A stretch of 64,000 bases of DNA from Tubiluchus corallicola (lineage: Eukaryota > Animalia > Priapulida): assembly GCA_030141605.1 (NCBI GenBank), contig JAQGDQ010000004.1, positions 310,001 to 374,000 on the forward strand. Reading direction: 5' to 3'. The position numbers and the translations under genes are program-made. Under the pieces are notes generated by a model. It did no database searches and was not told the DNA's origin. It saw only the letters and a list, made by a program, of their open reading frames with translations. Positions 53,901 through 64,000 of this stretch are shown piece by piece. How positions within the stretch are numbered: the stretch's first letter is position 1; the number at the start of each line of letters is the position of its first letter.

Positions 53901-56900
53901 CGCAGAAATTTAATACATAACAAATAAGAACGACTAAGCATATATATTAAAATTAATTATCGTTAAGAATTATTCTCGAGTGTGCCATGGCATTCTTAAA
54001 AGACGATTTAAGCGTTTTAAATTTTCCACTATGATAAAAACTGATCTTTGTGTCTTTCTTTGTACAAATCATAACTTACTAAAATATGATATTTTTCTAA
54101 TGTTTTAAATTGGGAAACAGTTATATATCATACTTCACAGCAATTAAGCATTTTATAAACTTATTTGTATTTTATTATTACAATTTACAAATTTGCACTT
54201 CTTGATTTCAAGTTTTAATCGTTTTTAATTTGTTTGTTTCCAAACAACAGTTAATATAACAAGTCACAAAAGCAACTTATTTAGGTCCTACTTTTGTCAC
54301 CAGACTCTGGATCTTTTTTCACCTGAGTTCGCCTATGCAGTGGCAAGTTAAATACATGTATGTTCTATTACTGGAAACCCTAGATGATAGAGTTAACCCT
54401 AGCAAAAAAGTCTGTAATGTAAATGAAGAAGTCGTTTCCTGGAATGTAATCAGAACAACATACTCAACCTAGATGTGAAATAGCAGCTACGTAGCTGGTT
54501 GATTATGATGGTATGGCTCTTCTAAATTCCGTACTCACAATCGCTTTTACGTAATAACTCTGTTTGCTCAGAATTAGTGAGGCTGAATGACTACTGATCA
54601 GTTTTAAAAGGCAAGGACGTTCTTCGGCACTCTTTGCGCACCTACTTTTAATTTTTGACTCGGAGGGAAACATTAGATTCCCGTCATTTAACTTGTTTTA
54701 CTTTCAGTTCGATGCCTTGGGATTTCCCAGGTTAGGTTAGCCAAGGTCAGTACGTTTAAGAGGTGTGGGAAAGAGTCCCAAAGATGGCTGACCGCCGCCA
54801 TTTATCAGTCTTGGGAGTTGAGGTATCACTGTGGTCATCACTGACGGTCACTGTGGGAATTTACGTATAAAGAAAATAAACCCCGCACGGTCATTGGAGA
54901 GGTATCACTGACAAGAGCTGAGAATTCCACACATTCACGAGTACTGACCCCTGCCCCGTGAATGCCTTTTAGAGCGCCCGAAAAATCTAATGATGTTTTT
55001 CTGTGTCTCAGCGATGAAATAAAAATAGTTCGTCCTGCTGAGGTTGTAGCTCTGAGCTCTTGGTTTGCAGAGTTTTGAATGTGCATCGGCCTGCTTCAAC
55101 TTATAAAATTCTATTAAATGTGCTTTATTTCTTCAGTCGTTCTTTAGAAGTTATAGTTGCGTTAATTCGCTTAAATGTCTATGCTATTTTCTTTCTAAAA
55201 GGCTTTACATTTTTCTTCGGTTGTCTTTTTTTCAGGCATCATTAATATTAACCTTTTGCTCAAATCACTATGGTCACTAATAATTTATGAGTGGCCTGGT
55301 ACGTTTCGGTAAATCAGAGAAGTTGTAACATAGATTTAAGGAACTAGATGCGTTTGAAAAGAACTTCTTTGGCTGTTTTTAAATCATAAAATTTATTGAC
55401 TAATAAAAGATCCGGTTTTGGTGTTCACAAAAGAGTTTCGAGTCTATAATACAAAAACGCAACTTACTTTGATACATACATGCAGTTAGTGGCAGGAAGC
55501 GTGGATACAAAATAATTCCGCAGCTATTTGCGGTGAAGTTGGTTAATTCCTGCTGTCCGACGAACATCCAATCAAGAAGATTGTTTACGTTGTTGCCATG
55601 ACACTAGATCAACCTTCATCTATTCTACCGTTCATCCGTGCAAACAATGTGATTGCCAGATGTGTGAGATCACGGTTCTGTAATGAAATATGGTAAACCT
55701 GAGAGCCAAAAAAATGTGCCGTATGTGCGCACTATACGCTCTATGTTGATGGATCTTGGAATACACATAACCCATCACATTTTTATTTGTTATTGGTCGC
55801 CGAACAGAAGTGTTGTTTAACAATTAGACGATTGGAAAAAGGTACTCTGACTAAACTTCGTAATATATGTGCCATGTGACCACGGGGCGCCAAATGGATA
55901 CAGAATTTACAGCAGTATTAATTACATTTGGTTGTTTATCAAAACGTGTCATAATTCGTGGATCATGCCTGTCGTTTGAATCAGTTTGCTAGCTGTTGAG
56001 TCTATAGTCTGTGATAATCATGAATACGTCTTCGATTTGTTGTTATTATTTATTGGCTGTTTTAATAATTGTGATCGTGTTGTGCGTTGAGCCTATTTAT
56101 TTATATAAATCAACATATTCATCTAATAAGAGATGGGTTAAACCGTTGTTTTATAATCCGTATCATGGAATAGCTTCTGGAATGGCTATGGGGCGTCAGG
56201 GTGGAGACAACAGTAAGTTCATTTATCCAATTTCAAATTAATATAAATTGTTTTTTGGAAAATGTTAAATTTATCCTTTTGAAAATTGAGTTATGGTTTA
56301 ATTTTCGTGAAGTGCGCGTCTTAGTAAGTACAACAAAAAGTCTACTGCCTAGCTAAATTATTACCTGTAGGTATTTTATGCATTCCAGTTTCATTGGTAG
56401 TATTACAGAATGTCGTCAAGTTTTTATAATTTATTGTAGCAAATAAATTTCTTTAATATTGACATGCACCCTACTTCGCTAAATTTAGTAAATTACTAAT
56501 AAAATTGATTCTGCGAACTGGTGGCATTAATATGGTGCACACAAAGAAGATTTCGAAGTGGCATGGATGTTTTTTGCAGATCTTCTTTCTAAATTAATTT
56601 GAACTTAATTTTTGTTTGTAGTTTAATTAATGGCTGCGCGATAAATAATTCTATACGATTAAATCATGTACAAAAATGAATAATTTTATTATTTTTAAGA
56701 TGTCTCATCTACAGAAAACTGTCTAGTTGTCATCTGTGTAAACACATTACGAGACAGATCTTTTTCTAGCGTGATTATTTAACATGGTTTTGATGTGAGT
56801 TTAAAATAAATTTGCTTGTTAACAGCTGTGCGTCTGGAGCGTCCCAGGGACGGGTTATAAAATCTTACCCCTTGTTTGAAAAATCTGCTGAGAACTTGGC

Positions 56901-59900
56901 CATAAATGAACGCATCTTATGACTTTCCCAGCTTGAGTTATCAGATCTATTCGTCACTGGTTCTTTGTTTCTGAAAAAAGAGGGATTTTGTTCGCTGATT
57001 AACTATGTAAATAAAAACCTTGAACTTTTTTGTTTTTATTTTTTGCACCATCTGTAGAATAGTATAACAGACTATACTGTTTAATTCGACGTCGTTGTTT
57101 GTTTATAACCTCTCCGTGTGCAATTGTCGAAGAAAACATATACACACTTGAGATTTCAAAGTTGGTATAGTGCATAAACTCCCAAATATCCACCCACGCC
57201 CCCTGAAAGTATCCCATCAGCTTGTACTCATTGAGTGTCTTCCCATTTGCCCAACATGTTATTATGGGCTAATCTGAAACCCTTGTTTGCGATGTGCAAA
57301 GAGTTTTATCCACTGAGTCTGAAATTTTAATAAAAATGAACAGGATTCGTTCTCACAGATTCTGTTACGAAGAAAAGTTTTCTTTTATAAAGTAGCCTAA
57401 TGTAAAGTTTATTGAATTTTATATTTTTCTACCCTTAAAATAAAACTTATACTTAAATTTTACGTAAATTGTTCCTGACTATCATTTGCTGCTACATTTT
57501 GCTGATGTGTAAATGAGTATGGCTGAGTGTCGGTGGCGAGTCTGGTGACGACGTTTGCGAGAGCCTGCTAAATACTTCTGTGGTATCGTCCATTGTCCAA
57601 GTAACAAATTTCTGCTTCTGAACACGAATAAGTTGCGACTTGAAATGGATTTAGTTATTCTACCATATAAGTTTCAAACTGCGACAAGAAGCTACAAGCC
57701 TATGATATATGAATTTATAATTTTCATGTTTCGCTGTACAAAAATCACATCTACAGTACAGCTTTTGAGCCATAGCCCATAGTTATGATCAAACAAAACC
57801 CTGTTGTTATTGCTTAAATCGTATACTATGTTAGCCAAACCCTCTCAGGGGCACGTGCGTTTTGTAACACCTGTTTATTTACCAACTGTTACTTGGAAAT
57901 TTCAGGTACTAATATTACATGTATTCATTTTTTGTTTTCTTTCTGCAAAAAATCACTTCCAGAAGTACAAGCGTGTGGCGTGATTCTTGTTCATGCCGAT
58001 AGATGATATTATATTTGTAATTATTAAAATGAACCATTTCAATAAAGGCTTTTCTCTTTAAAAAGTTATGCATTTCCTTAAATTGTCACAATTATGCATG
58101 AGAATAATAGAACACAGACAGAACGATAGAACCGAAAGGAGAGGGAAACAGAGAGTAGGGCAGGAAGTGAGGAAAAGGAGAGAATGGGGGGAGGGAGGGG
58201 GTAGCAAGCGGCAATCATTTTTTTCTGTTTACCTTACACCAGCGCCAATGATTATCGAAGTTTAAATTTGCTCCGTTAATCAGGTTTATAATTCCGTGAC
58301 ATTTTGGGGCCCTCATATATAGAGAATTTATTACAACATTAAAGTGGTGATTCAGACACAGTGTCACAGTAGGAAGTAAGAACGCACGAGGACGATTTTC
58401 CCATTGAACAGCCAAACACATATCCATGTAACATCATGTTCAGCCAAAACAACTTCCAGCAAGCTCGCGCGAGAAATATGGGAAAGGGTCACAAGACGAA
58501 ATGAGAAAGTTATTGGGTACTCAACGCCCATTTTGTTTATTTGGTTTACCATTTAGCTTCTCATTCTTAGTCGTTCTCAGACAGTTCTTTTGACCTCGGG
58601 GAGACGCGGCGGTAGATTTTCGCATTGATATACATACGACAAACCCTGGAATCGTTTAGGGGTAGATGCTGGATTTTTAGTTGTCATAACGTGGAAATTT
58701 GCTATTATGGTTCATGATAATTTCTAGCCAGATCACACTGTAACTGATCACTCAGCGATAACTTATGCTGCATCACTGTGTGTTTAATGGCCGTGCACCT
58801 TATCTGTGCAGTATATAGCTCAGCAACTCGCTTGAAAATCACTTCGTTTATGACGGTTATTTCGATGTGAATTCATCATACATGTTTATTTGTTAGTTAA
58901 TGCACCAAAATTTGCAGGAGACCCATATGCAATATTGCAAGCATTAGTAACGCTATGTCACATCACGTGTCCACAACCCAAAGGACATGCTAAAAGTATA
59001 TTAGCTCCAAACTAGCGAATCATTAACACTACATTTCAGCTCTTCCAATGAATATGCTATAATGTATACCCCAAAAGTATATATTCAGTGGGTGACCTAA
59101 AATATAGTCTTAACGATTTATTATGCTAATTTCACCATAGGCAAGAATATTACTACGTGGTGTGTCGTTATCTACGAATCTCACTTTCCCACTAGATTCT
59201 GAGCCCAACATAACGATACTAAAAAGCGTTATTAGGCCGCCTTACATATGGTTGTTTTCCCACCACCTACAATACTAGTCAACTTACTTGACATAATACA
59301 AGCTCGATAAAAGTTACTATGCAAAAAACAAAGAAATTGCGACTATGTGACGGAAATGTATGCATTTGCAAATTATTCATGACAAGCTGGCTTGATATCG
59401 TCAGCGTAGATTAAATTGTCTGAAGCAGAGAATGCACAAACCGCGTCATCCTATCCTCCGCTAGGAGCCCCGTAAATATGCAAAAAATCGCTTTCCTGCT
59501 GTTCCGTTACATTATCGCTTCTCGTTAGTAAGCTTGAAAGACACACTTGTGTAGATGAAAAAACGAATAGGACTGAAATTTACACTGCTTCGTACTATTC
59601 CATGTTATATTGCGTGTGATTCCAACAGCATGAAAAATGTTGTATACCGTCACCTAGCCGCGAATAATGCAGCCCTGGAGGACTTCCAGTTGAAGGAAAA
59701 TCGGGTATTTGGAGGCTAAATTAACTATAATTTTACTAAATTTAAAGCGTGTGTGCAAGTCGAGAAAATTTTGTTCACTACTGTTATGCATTATCCAAAT
59801 TGTGCAAAGTTATATTATATTTGCTGTACTATACCATACTTTTATAATCTTAATAAAGTTAATATCCAGCTTTATCAGTTGGACCCACTTTCAGCTTAAA

Positions 59901-60491
59901 AATTCTCTTGAATATTCGTTTTAAATTGAAAATTTCGCTTAAATTACAGTTCGCTTAAACCACATTTCTGTTAGCTGAATTATGATTACATTCATAACTT
60001 TGTTGTACAATTAGAAATAAAAAATTGCTAAATGTGTTACGAAATGAGATGTGCCTGAGAAAGTTGTTCAGCTAGAAATTTTTATTCAACCTTAGATTAC
60101 TGCTAGGTCTGCCTCGATAGGCCTACTTGCGAACTTGTTCAAACCTTACCCTGAACTTTCTGCCGTGCACTCAAGCTTTCTGTATTCATCTTTGGCCGCA
60201 GAGTGGTGATTTTTATCTTTAATAATCATCACTTCCTGTGTGACACTAAAGCATGCACGCGGTTCCTCGTTTCCCAAAATCATTTACTATTATCGAATAG
60301 CAAGCAAAAATCGTGGGTATTCAGACAGAATGGCGGACTCGCAATGTTTTAATAAATGCATGTATACCTAAAACAAACGAGTTCAAGTGTCACACAGAAA
60401 GTTACACTGACACAGAAAGTTGTAATCACCCTTGCTTTACTGCAAACTGTTATTAGTTTTCATTAGATGTTTTTCTTAAGAAGTCACTCAC

Positions 60492-60725
60492 CCTGGCACC
60501 TTTGAATGGATTCGCTTTTGAGCTTATTTTGAATGTCCTTCGTCTTAGAAATGGTTTAAGATGCTGTTTGCCCTCTTCCCATTCAAGAAGTCCCACCTCG
60601 GAAGAAGGCAATTTTCTCTCCCTTTGTATTTCCACGTCGTTAACGTTGTGATTACGCAGTAATAATGCCTTGTTGTATTGAGAAAATGCGGTCAGCACAA
60701 TACTTGTGCAAAGAAATGTGTTGCT
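60492..60725 (-). CDS. Candidate phase-0/0 exon, unknown product
   Basis: Acceptor ttacag| and strong donor AGG|gtgagt. 78 open codons: SNTFLCTSIVLTAFSQYNKALLLRNHN...ANPFKGAR. No recognisable domain. Confidence 0.22.
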
Positions 60726-62859
60726 CTGTAATGGCTCACACAGTATTTGTGCAAAGAAACGTACTACCCTTCAACAAACATGAAAGATTTGTCGTTTTTC
60801 ATTTAGGCGTCTTGCACCACCAATTTGTTTACTGGTACTTCAGGTTTCAATGTAAATTAAGCTCAGTGCTATTCAAAAACAAGAAAATGCATCATGGGCT
60901 ATTAAAGAGCTGAAAATTTGCATACGTAATTATGTAATAGTATACGTTGTAGAATGAGTTGAAAGTACAATTGTGATGAGCATGATTACTGGTAAAAAGT
61001 TCAAACAAATCGCACGAAGTAACACTTTGTTACTAAAAAATCAGCAAAAACGAAGAAATAAACTTACAGACATGAAAAGCAAAAACAGTAGCTAATAGGT
61101 AGTCGTAAAAAAAGGTGTATTGAAACTAAATTGTGACTAAAATTGTTAGTATTAACGTAGCACTTTGTACATTAATTATATTATGAATAGCCTAATCATA
61201 TTGTATATGATGCGTTATACTTCCCTGTGTGCTTGTAGATGTCGTCAGTAGAGCATTATTTTCTAGGTTTTCTTACAATACACTCTATTTTCTCTTACAC
61301 AACTGATATCGCTCTGATAGTTATTGATCCCAAATATTCACCTCATGTTTAGTTGGCTGTTTTTACATTATATTCAAAATATTTGCTGTTAAGTGACTCA
61401 AACATGTCAACTCATTGTCCGTGGGCCATTGTCGAGTTGTGTAAACACTTTTCTAACACGTTAATCCCGGAAAATTAATATATCCTCGATCAATTCGATA
61501 AACTTGGATGAACACAAATATAATTTAATCCGAATCACAACTCTTTTCCCAAGCGGAAAGAAGTAGGCATAAGACACGCAATTCTACCATATTGTCGCTA
61601 AAGTATGCTTTCCGTAACTGTATTTTTTATAAATGTATCTTTATCAGTATTGCAGAAATAATAATTGATGTGACGTTCGTACGTACTATTGTACTATTTA
61701 CGTACACTACATACATACTTTAAATACCATTGTATGTTATCAGTAATTTTGTTACTTTAACGTGTGATGATTTGTATTGTATTAAAAATGTGTGTAAGCT
61801 ATTTTGTGCTGCTGTATTGCATTGATGTAATGAAATTATGTACAGAGATGTAAATTTTAACATCAGTTACATCAACTATACATAATTATTTCATTTGTAT
61901 ATGTACAACATTTAAATTAATTAACTTTTATAATAATATTCTAATTTGCTAGTCATTTTCCCATTTGTCAAACTATTTTGAAGAATTGAATTAATAGCTA
62001 GGCCTTCAGCACGTGCATGCCACACCAACCAATTTTGTATTTTGCTGTTTAAATAAATTGGGTTGTTATACTTTTTTGCTCTATCTGCTAGGCAAATAAT
62101 GTTGTAAAATAATTAAAATACCAACATTTATTGGTATGACTCATGTGGAGCTAGTGGATAATCTTAGCAAATTACTTGGCAGATTAAAGCACTTACTGTG
62201 TCAATCATTTATTACATCTCCAAAAGATGGCGAGATTTACCAGTGTTTGGGCTTGGCGTAGTATCATATAATAGGAATAGGTGGTTAATTTGAGCGTAGC
62301 TGCGTATTAATAATTCCGCAATTGCCTGCTCTAGTGTAGAAAGAAAATGACTTTATTATGCACAAATTGAGCATGTGCGAATCAGGGAGTGAAATTACAA
62401 AAAATTGCAACCGCCAAATTGCGTTTCACTGTTAAGATCACTCGAGTGACTCGACATAAAAAAGTGTTCCAAGCATCCTAAATCACCGCAAGCGCGCGTG
62501 CTATTTTGAATTTTGATTCTCGTATTTTTAACTGATGCAAGCATTGGCCAGAAAGCCCAGTATATAGCATATACAGCCTGAAAATTTGCTTTTGTATTTT
62601 TGATGTCAATCTATTTTTTGATTACTTAACATTAGAATTCCCAGTTTTGCAATACTGAACTTTGCTTTATCGCTTTAACGGTTGCAAATAAGTTGAAGTA
62701 ATTGTAACTGATATCGCGCAGAGTGAAGGATATGACCAGATGTCATAAGGATGGTACGTAATTTTATGATGCTGCATCCCATATATGTATGTTTGCGATT
62801 AGAAATGTTTGTAACTGTGTTTTATTTGTATTTACCTGGCTTCAACTAAGGTTTCTTGT

Positions 62860-63112
62860 TATATTTTTTGGCTTTTTGCTTTATTTGTTTTGCTTGCCAT
62901 ACAAGGCACATATCTCTTTGCTGTCACTTGCTTAATTTTTTTTGGTTTACTTTGCTTTTATTTGTTCTGCTTTGCTTTGGTTCACTTCAGTTCACTTTAC
63001 ACGATTTGACTATATTTAGTTTTTATTTTACTTTATTTTTTTTACTTTTACTTTATTAATCTACATTTACTTCTTGGCTTATGTTAAAGCTTAGCTTAGC
63101 TTGCTAGCTTAT
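62860..63112. repeat. Degenerate (TTTRC)n pentamer tract followed by (AGCTT)n
   Basis: Repeated ttttgc/tttac units, then agcttagcttagctt. Confidence 0.8.
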
Positions 63113-63476
63113 TAGCCTTCTTTGGTTTATCATTATTAAAATTATTAATTGATTTTCGCAACCCCTGCGTTGCTATTATTAATATATGCAATTTTTATCC
63201 GTTCTAAAGTCAAATAACATGACGCTGATAGATTTAGTCTGTCCCGTAGCGAATTTAAAGTTGTAAGCAATGTTGCCAATTTACATGCTGCATTGCCACT
63301 TTTACCAGGCATTGTGCAATTTGCTTCATTTATTTATGAGTTTGTCACTTGTGCAACCTACTTTAATTGCTTATCCGAACTTTTTACGAAGTTTCGCACC
63401 TTAGCTCAAGTTTCGTATTTAAACAGTAGAAGCAACAGGTGTTGAAATTATGAAAATGTTCGTTAAATGTAGGTAC

Positions 63477-63492
63477 GTGCTGCCATCTAGCC
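63477..63492 (-). promoter_or_regulatory. CTCF-like motif
   Basis: The reverse complement GGCTAGATGGCAGCAC matches the CTCF core and the motif at 28475. Confidence 0.35.
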
Positions 63493-64000
63493 TCTACAAT
63501 AAAAATAAATATATGATTAGTATTCTGTTCTAGGATTCTTTCTATACAGGACAGCTTTCGTTCTCCTAGTCGTGTCTGAACTGACTGAACTAAGCCTAAA
63601 CTAGGCTGGCGTGAACTAAGAGCAACACAATTTCACGTAGTTCTTATGTGAATTTAACATCCAAAATGGCCAAAAGCACCCAATTTATTGTGGTTCCCAA
63701 AGGTTACTGCAATTTAAAATTTAAATTAACAGTTATATTACAGTTGGTAACTAATCGAGTAAGCTCAGTACAACCCTGTTCACTGTTTCACTTACATCAA
63801 GTATGACCACTAAATTTATACTTTGCAGGCCACTGATGTGAAAAAATAATCATTACAGCAAACGTCTATTGCATGGTAAGCGTTATCCAGCTACATAAGC
63901 GTGTGTTGTTTCTTGTTAAAGGTCATTTCAACGGCCTTTTCGACCTATGTACCGAAGTTTTTTGTGAACATTGTAGTGATTGCACGTAATTGCCGACTTC

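Noticed and set aside
58215-58427. LPTVTLCLN resembling the DEG/ENaC FPAVTICN motif
   Set aside because: A single weak motif with no supporting exons or splice context.

Overview
This is AT-rich eukaryotic DNA, most likely from an invertebrate animal. It is almost entirely non-coding. It has no long ORF, operon, CRISPR array or prokaryotic system, and nearly all ORF-track entries are spurious or translations of microsatellites. The clearest element is a young, TSD-flanked SINE at 8288-8829. It is tripartite: a full 5S rRNA-derived head, a GC-rich middle resembling an RTE-LINE 5' UTR, and the extreme 3' end of an RTE LINE. Other mobile DNA: a second degenerate tRNA/5S chimeric SINE head, a foldback element built from inverted arrays of ~20-bp subrepeats, a PIF/Harbinger-like MITE, two decayed RTEX-like LINE fragments in opposite orientation, and a heavily decayed hAT-like transposase. 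There are also two near-perfect tandem duplications, several microsatellites and CTCF-like motifs. The best host-gene candidate is a signal-peptide-encoding first coding exon at 41869-41986, with phase-compatible candidate downstream exons, possibly a small secreted or peptide-precursor gene. All family assignments come from reading motifs by eye, not from database searches. I found no convincing evidence for a wholly new biological system.
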